Source: a bacterium (lineage in GTDB: Bacteria; Patescibacteriota; Minisyncoccia; JBBINA01). Taken from it: DNA of 64,000 nt. The first letter of the stretch is position 1; each line of letters begins with the position of its first letter. The notes under the pieces are model-generated. The model was given only the letters and a program-made list of their open reading frames with translations, was not told where the DNA came from and did not search any database. The position numbers were made by a program, and so were the translations under genes. Below, piece after piece: positions 12,348-21,207 of the stretch. Location of the stretch: contig JBBINA010000002.1 of NCBI GenBank assembly GCA_037444125.1, positions 6,272 to 70,271 of the forward strand, written 5' to 3'.

Positions 12348-13150
12348 AGATTTTCGTGTTTAGAAAAATTAACATAAGCATACACCAACAAATTATTAAG
12401 GTCAATATAGTATTCAGAAGAAACTGGTATCGTTATCTCAAAATCTCTCCGCTTAAATGGTTCTATATCATAAAGTATTGTTGAACCAGCGGTTACAATC
12501 TTTTGTGTATCTCTAGAATCGTAAAAGATAGCAATAACTTCAACCTCTTTATAATTAATAACACTATCATTAAAAAGATGACCTCTAACAATAATTCTTC
12601 TGCCAACCTCCACATCACTTTCATCAAGCTCAACGGGCTCTTTTTCTAAAACTAAATTTTTTAAAAAAACAGGTTTTTTATCGCTCTTAATAAGTTTTGC
12701 CACCTCAACTGCTGCGTCAGTTATATCATCAAAAATAAGAAATGCCGGCGACAGGACAAATCTTTTCTCAAATTGATTAAGAAATTCGGAAAAATATTTC
12801 TCCTCCACTACGCCACCACCTCCTCCTTTAAAAATTATCTTATATTCCACACTCTTATAGGCAGTATCTGGATTCAAATTCTCAGCTTCAAAAATAACGC
12901 GATAATAATTATTATTTAAACGCAAGATATTAACATTACTTATGTTTATCTGCCTCTCGCTTTTGCACGGTACGCACACTCCGCCACAATCAACATCCTC
13001 TTCATTTTGATTTTTTATTTTGTCAAAACAAGTAGCTATAACCTGCGGTGAAGAAAACATTTGATAAAGAATATAATAGAAAAATGCCAAAAACAGAAAC
13101 CATATTATGGCAATCTGGGTTTTCTTAAAAACGCGTCTTATTTCATTCAT
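12344..13150 (-). CDS. membrane-anchored protein with Cys motif and Ig-like domains
   Basis: N-terminal TM; TCFDKIKNQNEEDVDCGGVCVPC; beta-rich remainder. Confidence 0.6.
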   Translation of the reverse strand: MNEIRRVFKKTQIAIIWFLFLAFFYYILYQMFSSPQVIATCFDKIKNQNEEDVDCGGVCVPCKSERQINISNVNILRLNNNYYRVIFEAENLNPDTAYKSVEYKIIFKGGGGGVVEEKYFSEFLNQFEKRFVLSPAFLIFDDITDAAVEVAKLIKSDKKPVFLKNLVLEKEPVELDESDVEVGRRIIVRGHLFNDSVINYKEVEVIAIFYDSRDTQKIVTAGSTILYDIEPFKRRDFEITIPVSSEYYIDLNNLLVYAYVNFSKHENL

Positions 13151-13425
13151 AATGAAAATTATATAAAAATAGGGCTGATTTGCAAATATTAATTAAAATG
13201 GCTTACCTAAATCAGGCGTTAATTACGTGGGCTAATTTCATCTTGTTTTTCTTTCCTAGTTACATTACTATTTTAACCAGTTTTAAATTAAATTACTAAT
13301 AAAAAGTAAAAAGTAATTATGTTATTTTCTTGAAGAAAAATTAAAACAACGCATAGATTTAACACATAAAAATCTATGAAATTTTATAAATAAACGTCTT
13401 TGCTATGTTTAACTTTTTAACAATC

Positions 13426-13472
13426 TTGAAATAAAAAATAGATGTAATATAATATCAATGCAAATTGATATT
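13426..13472 (+). promoter_or_regulatory. promoter and ArsR-type operator palindrome
   Basis: TTGAAA-16 nt-TATAAT overlapped by AATATCAAT-GCAA-ATTGATATT (13451-13472). Confidence 0.7.
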
Positions 13473-13534
13473 TAAAATTAATTACTGTAAAAATAAAAAA
13501 TCAAAAAAACAATCTTAAAGAAGTAGTTAAATTT

Positions 13535-13786
13535 TTGAAGATAATTTCAGAAGAAAACCGCCTGAAAATTTTGTGCATTTTGCAAAAACAAAAAAAGTGC
13601 GTTTGCGAAATTTGGCAATTTTTAAATTTACCGCAGAACTTAACCTCCCATCATCTTAAAATATTGAAAAACGCCGGTTTAATCAATTTAAAGAAAAAAG
13701 GAACTAGAATTTTTTATTTTTTAAATAAGAAAAACATTAAAAAGTCGATATCTTTATTAAATAAATTTTTAAATAACCAAATATGA
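13535..13786 (+). CDS. arsR: ArsR/SmtB-family repressor (start uncertain; frame open back to about 13487)
   Basis: NRLKIL, CVCEI metal site, SHHLKILKNAGLI. Confidence 0.88.
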   Translation: MKIISEENRLKILCILQKQKKCVCEIWQFLNLPQNLTSHHLKILKNAGLINLKKKGTRIFYFLNKKNIKKSISLLNKFLNNQI

Positions 13787-14022
13787 CTATCAAAATTTTA
13801 GGTTCCGGCTGTCCTAATTGCCAAAAATTAGAAGAAAACGCTAAAAAGGCTATTAAAGAACTAGGATTAAAAGATGTAAAAATTGAACACATCTACGATA
13901 TAAACAAAATAGTGGAAATGGGTATAATGTCCACGCCAGCCTTAGTAGTAAATAATCAAATAAAAATCGCCGGCAGAATTGCCGATGTAGCAGAAATCAA
14001 AGAGTTGCTAAAAAATCTCTAA
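13783..14022 (+). CDS. small redox-active disulfide protein (MTH895/TM0996-like thioredoxin fold)
   Basis: IKILGSGCPNC, GIMSTPALVVN. Confidence 0.9.
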   Translation: MTIKILGSGCPNCQKLEENAKKAIKELGLKDVKIEHIYDINKIVEMGIMSTPALVVNNQIKIAGRIADVAEIKELLKNL

Positions 14023-14030
14023 TTCTAATT

Positions 14031-15011
14031 ATGATAAAAGCGCTTGTTGATTATTTAATTTTTCATTTGCTTAATTCCTTTCTTCAAGCTAAAGGAATTT
14101 ACCTTTCTGAACGAACTTTAGACATTATCAACTTCTTTATTTACGATGTTGTTAAAATTGGGCTTTTGCTTTTTATTATCACTTTTTTTGTTTCAATAAT
14201 TAAAGAATATTTAAGGCCGGAAAAAATAAGAAATTTTTTATCAGGTAAAAAATTGGGATTAGGTAATTTTTTGGCCGCTTGCCTTGGAGCCATTACTCCT
14301 TTTTGCACTTGCTCCGCTATCCCTTTGTTTATTGGTTTGACGAAAGCTAATATTCCTTTAGGCGTAACCTTTTCTTTTTTAATTGCTTCTCCTTTGATTA
14401 ATGAGGTAGCAGTAATGCTCCTTTTTGGTCTCTTTGGTTTTAAGTTTGTTTTAGTTTATGTTTTAGCTGGACTTATTGCCGCTGTTTTTGGCGGTTATTT
14501 TATCGGTAGGTTAAAATTAGAAAATCAAATAGAAAAAAGTGTTTTAAATCTCAAAAAAGAAGGTTCTAACCTTTCTTTTATTCCCCAAAAATATTCATTA
14601 GATCGAACAATAAGAATTGGTATAAGTTCGGCAAAACAGATTTTAAGGCAAGTTGGCCCTTATATTCTTATTGGCGTTGGAATTGGCGCTTTTATTCACG
14701 GTTATGTGCCAGCTGATTTTGTTGCAGGTATTACTAAAAAAGCAGGAATTTTAGCTGTCCCTGCTGCGGTGATTATTGGTGTTCCGCTTTATTCTCACAT
14801 TGCTGGCGTTTTGCCAATTGCCCAAGCGCTTTATGAAAAAGGTATGGCTATTGGTACTTTAATGACTTTTATTATGGCAACTGTTGGCCTTTCTTTGCCG
14901 CAAATGATAATTCTGAGTCGTTTAATAAAACTTAAACTTTTAGCTATTTTTGTTTTTACTATCTCAACATTTTTTATCATTTTTGGTTATATTTTCAACT
15001 TAATTTTTTAA
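14031..15011 (+). CDS. ArsP/DUF318-family permease
   Basis: TPFCTCSAIP, ASPLINE, SLPQMIIL; ArsR operon context. Confidence 0.88.
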   Translation: MIKALVDYLIFHLLNSFLQAKGIYLSERTLDIINFFIYDVVKIGLLLFIITFFVSIIKEYLRPEKIRNFLSGKKLGLGNFLAACLGAITPFCTCSAIPLFIGLTKANIPLGVTFSFLIASPLINEVAVMLLFGLFGFKFVLVYVLAGLIAAVFGGYFIGRLKLENQIEKSVLNLKKEGSNLSFIPQKYSLDRTIRIGISSAKQILRQVGPYILIGVGIGAFIHGYVPADFVAGITKKAGILAVPAAVIIGVPLYSHIAGVLPIAQALYEKGMAIGTLMTFIMATVGLSLPQMIILSRLIKLKLLAIFVFTISTFFIIFGYIFNLIF

Positions 15012-15057
15012 AAGGTCGACATTTTTTATAATTAATTAAATTTATTAATAAAAATTT

Positions 15058-15334
15058 ATGAAAGTATTAAAATTCGGTGCCGAGTGGTGCTCAGGATGCA
15101 TTGTTATGAGGCCTCGGTGGAAAGAAATTGGAAATTGAAGGTGAGCTACCTTGGTTAAAACAGAATATTATGACTATGACAAAGACAAAGAAATGGTAGA
15201 AAAATACAAAATTGACAAAAATCTACCAACTTTTGTTTTTCTTGATAAAGATGGAAATGAAATCCTACGCCTTCACGGCGAACCATCTAAAGAAGAACTT
15301 TTTGAAAGTTATTGAAGAAAATAAAGATAAATAA
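15058..15334 (+). pseudogene. thioredoxin-family pseudogene
   Basis: MKVLKFGAEWCSGC then a frameshift at the tandem GAAATTG duplication; continues ELPWLKTEYYDYD...LPTFVFLDKDGNEI; second shift near the 3' end. Confidence 0.8.
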
Positions 15335-15338
15335 ATTT

Positions 15339-16580
15339 ATGTTAAAAAAACAATAATTTTACTTCTGGGGGTTGTTGTTGCTTTTGTTTTTTTCTTCACT
15401 TCAGTCTTTAAAACGGAAAAAAATTTTGCCGAAGAGGTCGAAGAAAAAGTAAATATTTACTTTTTCTGGGGTGAAGGTTGTCCGCATTGCGCTAAAGAAA
15501 AACTTTTTTTAGAAAAACTTGCCAATAAAATACCCACAAGTTAATATTTATGATTTTGAAGTTTGGTATAAAAACGAAAATAGACAATTACTTATTGAAG
15601 TCGGCAAAAAATTAAACGCCACTGTTCCAGGCGTCCCTTTTACAGTTTTTGGGGAAAAATATTTTACTGATTGGTATAACGAACAAAGCACCGGAGCGGC
15701 GATAGAAGATGCGGTAAAATTAGTTTTACAAAAAAGCTCTCGCGATGTGATTGGCGAGTTATTAGCTTTAAAACCGGAAGAGAAGAACTTAGAGGAAAAA
15801 TTTGAAAAAGAGAACAAAAGATCACCAATTCCTCAAAAAATTAAAGTCCCCTTTTTAGGAGAGATTGAAACAAAAAATCTATCTTTACCCGTGCTTGCAG
15901 TTATTTTTGGAAACGTTGGATGGTTTTAACCCATGCACTATGTGGGCTTTGCTATTTTTAATTAGCTTGCTTTTGGGAATGAAGGATAAGAAAAGAATGT
16001 GAATTTTGGGAAGCGCCTTTATTATTGCTTCAGCCTCTGTTTATTTTCTTTTTATGGCTGCTTGACTCAACCTTCTTTTATTTATAGGTTTTATTGTCTG
16101 GATAAGAGTAGCAATCGGCTTACTAGCTTTAGGTGGCGGCATTTATAATCTACGCGAATTTTTTATTAATAAAACAAGCGGTTGCAAAGTGACCGGTGAA
16201 AAAAGCGACAAAAAGTTTTTGAAAAACTAAAATCGATTACCCAAAAACAACAATTTTTGCTGGCTTTAGTTGGAATAATAATTTTAGCTGGAGCAGTAAA
16301 CCTGGTCGAACTGATTTGTTCAGCGGGCTTACCAGTGGTATTTATACAGATTTTAACTTTAAGTAGTTTGGCAAAATGGCAGTATTATCTTTATATGCTA
16401 ATTTATATTTTTGTTTTTATGTTAGACGGCTTGTTTGTCTTTTTTGCCGCTATGATAACCTTACAAATGACTGGCATCACCACAAAATATACTCGTTTTT
16501 CTCATCTTATTGGCGGAATTTTAATGTTGATTATAAGAATTTTGCTTATCTTAAAACCAGAATGGTTAATGTTTGGATAA
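15339..16580 (+). pseudogene. glutaredoxin-domain / CcdA-like membrane redox protein pseudogene
   Basis: Fragments FFWGEGCPHC, GVPFTV, DGFNPC, VNLVELICSAGLP lie in different frames; internal TGA codons. Confidence 0.8.
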
Positions 16581-16655
16581 GTATTATAATAATATATCGT
16601 ATTTTGCGAAACCTTAAATTTATTTTTATTGAACAACAATATTTTGAGAGATGAT

Positions 16656-17112
16656 TAGTTTTTGTTCCATTGGTTCTTCGCCTCCAGGTTCCGTTACTTT
16701 TTCATACACATTCACAACATAATTACCTGAAGGAATATTTTGAAGTTTAGCTTCTATTTTAGAAAAGCATCTACATTTACAACCAATACCACTCCACACC
16801 TCATAAATGTTTCTAACTGAATTTGCTTTTCAATCAGCTTTTCTACAGCAAAGATGGTTTATTGCCCTTAAATATAAAACTTCATTTCCTATGTTTGGTC
16901 CTTCTCAGTTTCTTTACCAAAAGATAAAGATTTAGTGACCATCCCTTTGTCAGTTTTAGCACAACCTTTTACTAAAGAAGAAAGAGTAATATTTGAAGAT
17001 TTGATGATGATAATGTTGTTAGTTTTTTTAGGAATTATCCTAAAGATAGATTCCAACTATCCCAATGATTAAGAAGACAAAAACTAATGAAACTATTATT
17101 TTTTTTGTTCAT
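16656..17112 (-). pseudogene. degraded exported-protein gene
   Basis: Signal-like MNKK/IIVSLVFVFLIIGIVGIYL interrupted by a frameshift and stops; 3' fragment LQNIPSGNYVVNVYEK. Confidence 0.4.
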
Positions 17113-17192
17113 AATAAAGCAAATTTTATTTGGAGATTTTAATCTCCATAGTAGGTCCTTCAATATTTAAAAATTTTAAGTCATCGTATTTA

Positions 17193-18617
17193 CTAACCAT
17201 TTTTTAAACTCTCATAAATTAAATTATCAATTTCTTCTCGCAATTTTTTGATTTGTTCTTTGTATTGATTACTTTTTTCTTCCCGTTGCTGTATTTCTAA
17301 AACAATTTTTTGTTGAGTTTTTTTATCAATTGCCGGAATAGGGAGTTTTCTAATAGACCAGTTTGTAATTTCCTTTTGGCTTTTACCAGTTGAAAAAGCC
17401 CAGAAGAAATCTGAACCAAAAGAAGATTGTAAATAGTATTTTAGAAAAAGGGCATCATCTAAATTATTGAACTCTATAACCGCAAGGTGGTGAGACGGAA
17501 TAAATATTCGTTCATCATTGGTGTCTTTATTAAAAATAATACATTTTCCAATTGTACCAGAGCGGGTCAAGATTAAATTATTCTCATTTATTGCAATGTT
17601 TTTATATTGTTCTCCTATAACATCTTGTAAGAAAATTGGTTCTTCTAAATTCAATTCGTTTGAGGAAATATTATTGACTCTTAAATATACAAAATTTGTA
17701 TCATAAGAAGAATAATATTTCTTTGGGATATACTCTCCACTTCTAATTTTTTTAACATATTTAGTAAAAGGTATGTAATTTCCTTTTAAATTTTCTTTTA
17801 CAAATATAGGCAATTCATCCTCAATAAATCTACAAAGGTAAGTTCTAATACTTAACCAGTTTGATTTAGATATATTTTTAAAATTATTTTTCAAATTGTA
17901 TTCTTCATCTCTTTTTAGTTTTGGTCTTGTTGAATATCCATTCTTAACAAAAACATCATCAATGATATCTTGAATAGATTCAATTTTTTTCTTAGTAGAT
18001 CGAATTTTGTTTTCTATTTCTTCTATTTTTTTAACTATTGTTATTTGCTTTTGATAATTGATAAATGGAACTTTCATTGCAAGAAAATCTGGTATGTGTA
18101 TTCGTGGATGAGTTTTCCCTGATGTTAAAAGTTCTAAATCACTTCTAAAACTTTTATGAAGAAGCAAATACATTAGAAATTTGATGTCCCAACTTCTGCT
18201 TTTTAATCTATAACCAATTAGTTCTGTAGTTCCTATAATTTTTTTTGCTTTATCATTTAAAAAGCAGTGGCCTTTTTCAGGGGTGAGTTTTGAATATACA
18301 ATATCAGCATCATTGAAAAAGGTTTTGTCAGATCCTATCTCTGCAACCACAATCTCATTTTTTATAGCACCAAATCCAGGTTCAATGTCATCTAAATCGG
18401 CTAAAATCATTTCTTCTTCTAATTCACCCTTTTTTATTGTTGTAGTATTAGCAAGGTCTAAAATCTTACCTAACGGCATACCTGTTTTTCTGCTCTTTTT
18501 TAATAATTCAGTAATATTATTTTTTTCATCTTTAAAATATCTGTACTTAGAATCTAGACGTAATTGTTTTTGAAGTCCTATTTTAAAAAAGTTTGTACTA
18601 AAAATTATCTGTTCCAT
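17193..18617 (-). CDS. restriction-modification specificity (S) subunit with two TRDs
   Basis: Two HsdS-like halves, each ending in P---Q--IV coiled spacers; LRLD and TRSGTIGK motifs. Confidence 0.85.
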   Translation of the reverse strand: MEQIIFSTNFFKIGLQKQLRLDSKYRYFKDEKNNITELLKKSRKTGMPLGKILDLANTTTIKKGELEEEMILADLDDIEPGFGAIKNEIVVAEIGSDKTFFNDADIVYSKLTPEKGHCFLNDKAKKIIGTTELIGYRLKSRSWDIKFLMYLLLHKSFRSDLELLTSGKTHPRIHIPDFLAMKVPFINYQKQITIVKKIEEIENKIRSTKKKIESIQDIIDDVFVKNGYSTRPKLKRDEEYNLKNNFKNISKSNWLSIRTYLCRFIEDELPIFVKENLKGNYIPFTKYVKKIRSGEYIPKKYYSSYDTNFVYLRVNNISSNELNLEEPIFLQDVIGEQYKNIAINENNLILTRSGTIGKCIIFNKDTNDERIFIPSHHLAVIEFNNLDDALFLKYYLQSSFGSDFFWAFSTGKSQKEITNWSIRKLPIPAIDKKTQQKIVLEIQQREEKSNQYKEQIKKLREEIDNLIYESLKNG

Positions 18618-20971
18618 TTTACATATTTTCTTAAATAATCCAAAATAGTTTTTGGATTATTAGTATCGATATAAATTATTCTGTCTGAATACTCTCCTTC
18701 CGAATTAAAAAGTTGATTAGGACGTTTTTCTTCTTTGCGAACCCCTCGCTTATAGCCAATTTCTTCAGCGTGAGCCATAAATATAGGGTAGTCCTGCTCT
18801 TTAGATACATTTTTAAACACCCACCATTCAAGATCGGCTTCTTGTATATTTTCTTCATATTTCTCTTTAAGTTCTTTAAATGATAGTTTTTTATCTTCAG
18901 GGTCAAAATTTTCTTCTCCTAAAAGTTGAATTAAAAGTTCTATAAATTTCTTTTTATTTTCTTCCTTCTCTGATTTTAATAATTTTTTTATTTCAGAAAT
19001 CAGTTCTTTGTATTCATCTTCGTACTTTGACCATAACTTATTCCACTCTTCTACCTCTTCTTTGGTTTTCTTTTGCGCGAAAAGCAAGCTCGTTTTTGTT
19101 TGAGTATAAGGTGCGAAAGCTAAATGAGGTAATGAAACAACCGCTTTAATCCAAAAATATTTATAAAGGAAGAGCCGGATATCTCTATTGCTGGTTGTAT
19201 CAAAAACGCTTTCGGGGAGAACAACGCCCATTCGCCCGCCTTCTCTCAATAATTGATACCACCTTTCTATAAAAAGATTTTCTGTATCAACTTCCAATTC
19301 TTTGTTATTTTTAAGAGTCTTTGCTATTTTTTCTCCTCTCAAATAAAGCCTTGGAAACTGCTTAGCTGTATCTCTGTCTACGGTCACACTAAATGGTGGA
19401 TTAGAAACTACTACATCAAATTGTTCGTTTACAGGAAATGAATAAACTTTGCTTTCATGTTTTTCTGCTAATTTTCTGTGATAATTACTAAAATCAATTA
19501 AACCGTCGGCAGGCTCAATATTTGCGGAACCATCGCCATGGCCAACCATATTTACTTTTGAAGCCATCGCCAAATCAGAATTTATTTCAATACCATAAAT
19601 ATATTCGTCTGCCCAGGCATTTTTGCGCAATCTTTGAAAATTTTTGTCTAAAAATTCTTGTGTTGCGTAATCTTTTTTGATTTTGCCCTCCTTTTCTGCT
19701 TCCTCCTTAACTTTATCAATTAGTTTCATCGCGTGAATTAAAAATGTCCCAGAACCGCATGCAGGATCAATAATATAAGGCAATCTCGTTTCATTGTTTA
19801 TTAAGTTTAAAGTTAATTCATCTAATCTTAGAGCATACAGGATAAAATCAACTATATTCGGATGTGTAAGATATTGTCCTTTTGTTTGTTTTAGTTCTTG
19901 CCTAACAATTTTCTCAAAGAAATCACCGAGAACATCATACTTATTTTGTAAGAAAGATATGTCTTGCAGCACCTCAACAACATATTTTACTTTTGGGGCA
20001 TCAAAAATTATGTCTTTTACCTTCTCTAAATCTTCATCTTTATAATTTAATAATCGTTTTAATGCACAATCTTTATATTTTCCAGTTTTAGAATCTTTCT
20101 CGCCTTTATAAAGCTTGTTAATTCTTTTATAGGTTTTTTCTGGGGGTTCTTGGTCTAATCCTTCAAAGAAAATTTGAAATTGGTAAGGTTCGCCTTCTGG
20201 CGTTGTTTTCTCGTCGTAAATTTTTGCCAAAAACATCCCGATTAAATTAAAGAAAAGCTCGTTTTGATACTTACCCCCACCCCATAAAATATTGTGGAGT
20301 TCTCTTGCAATCCTATCTAATTCTTCCTTTTTTACATCTAATCTTAAATCTTTTTCTCCTCCTTTTATAAATGCCGGCGGCTTATCTTTAATTTCATAAT
20401 TTTTTGGAATATATCTTAAATTAGGACGACCAGCAGCCTCCCAATCATCAAAAGATTTAAATTTTGTGTAATCTATTGTCTCGTATTTTTCTTGTAATTT
20501 GCCATCATCGTCATACCAACGAGTGTAATAAATAAGAAATTTTAAAGTTCCTTTACCCTTATCTTCTGTAGCAGCAGGTTCAAAAAGTTGGGTTTTAATT
20601 GAAGATTCAAAATATCTTTCGTAATCATCTCGGGGCTTTAACTCAAAAAGCATAAATGGATTATGGTTCTCATTATAAACAACGATATCCATTTTAATAT
20701 CTGTTCTTTTGTGAGGATGCCCGATCTTTCGATATTTCTCTAATTCAATTTTATCTGGTCTGTAGTTATACTTTTCTATTAAATCTACATACAGTTCTGC
20801 TCTAACTTGCTCCTCCGGATCTAAAAAATTATCGGTATACCCTTGGGCTAAATAAGTAATTTTGAAACCATCGTGACTAATCAAAATATAACCCTTTTCT
20901 TCCCCGAGCTTAACTAAGAAAGATTTTTCACCAGTAATAATTTCTTCTTTTTGTGGTTTGTATTGTGCCAT
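18605..20971 (-). CDS. fused endonuclease-N6-adenine methyltransferase (Type IIB/IIG-like RM subunit)
   Basis: N-terminal HsdR_N-like PEEQVR...DIVVY...FELK; GQYLTH, DPACGSGTFL, NPPF. Confidence 0.88.
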   Translation of the reverse strand: MAQYKPQKEEIITGEKSFLVKLGEEKGYILISHDGFKITYLAQGYTDNFLDPEEQVRAELYVDLIEKYNYRPDKIELEKYRKIGHPHKRTDIKMDIVVYNENHNPFMLFELKPRDDYERYFESSIKTQLFEPAATEDKGKGTLKFLIYYTRWYDDDGKLQEKYETIDYTKFKSFDDWEAAGRPNLRYIPKNYEIKDKPPAFIKGGEKDLRLDVKKEELDRIARELHNILWGGGKYQNELFFNLIGMFLAKIYDEKTTPEGEPYQFQIFFEGLDQEPPEKTYKRINKLYKGEKDSKTGKYKDCALKRLLNYKDEDLEKVKDIIFDAPKVKYVVEVLQDISFLQNKYDVLGDFFEKIVRQELKQTKGQYLTHPNIVDFILYALRLDELTLNLINNETRLPYIIDPACGSGTFLIHAMKLIDKVKEEAEKEGKIKKDYATQEFLDKNFQRLRKNAWADEYIYGIEINSDLAMASKVNMVGHGDGSANIEPADGLIDFSNYHRKLAEKHESKVYSFPVNEQFDVVVSNPPFSVTVDRDTAKQFPRLYLRGEKIAKTLKNNKELEVDTENLFIERWYQLLREGGRMGVVLPESVFDTTSNRDIRLFLYKYFWIKAVVSLPHLAFAPYTQTKTSLLFAQKKTKEEVEEWNKLWSKYEDEYKELISEIKKLLKSEKEENKKKFIELLIQLLGEENFDPEDKKLSFKELKEKYEENIQEADLEWWVFKNVSKEQDYPIFMAHAEEIGYKRGVRKEEKRPNQLFNSEGEYSDRIIYIDTNNPKTILDYLRKYVKWNR

Positions 20972-20978
20972 ATTTATT

Positions 20979-21080
20979 TCACTTATTTTTTTTATTAATT
21001 CTATTGAATTCTTTTTTCAACCGCTTAATCTCGGCTAAAAGTTTTTCTTTTGATTGATTTTGTATCTTTTTTATAGCCAT
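20979..21080 (-). CDS. 33-aa basic ORF, possible remnant of an earlier gene
   Basis: MAIKKIQNQSKEKLLAEIKRLKKEFNRINKKNK; ends 7 nt before the RM start codon. Confidence 0.35.
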   Translation of the reverse strand: MAIKKIQNQSKEKLLAEIKRLKKEFNRINKKNK

Positions 21081-21135
21081 AACTTTTTACTTCAATAAAA
21101 AATCATCACAATCTAAAGAACTTTAGCTAATCTTG

Positions 21136-21207
21136 TGGACCCGAGGGGACTCGAACCCCTGACCTCCCGCGTGCAAGACGGGCGTTCTACCGCTGAACTA
21201 CAGGCCC
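21136..21207 (-). tRNA. tRNA-Ala(TGC), CCA not encoded
   Basis: GGGCCTGTAGTTCAGCGGTAGAACGCCCGTCTTGCACGCGGGAGGTCAGGGGTTCGAGTCCCCTCGGGTCCA; G3:U70 identity pair. Confidence 0.97.

Noticed and set aside
15990-16070. Two TGA codons at apparent Trp positions (RM*IL, AA*LN), suggesting UGA recoding
   Set aside because: The same gene has frameshifts and many TGG codons, and TGA ends intact genes such as rplK; TGG-to-TGA decay is simpler.
13150-21135. tRNA-anchored integrative element with attL/attR
   Set aside because: No integrase and no convincing second copy of the tRNA 3' end found; boundaries cannot be set.
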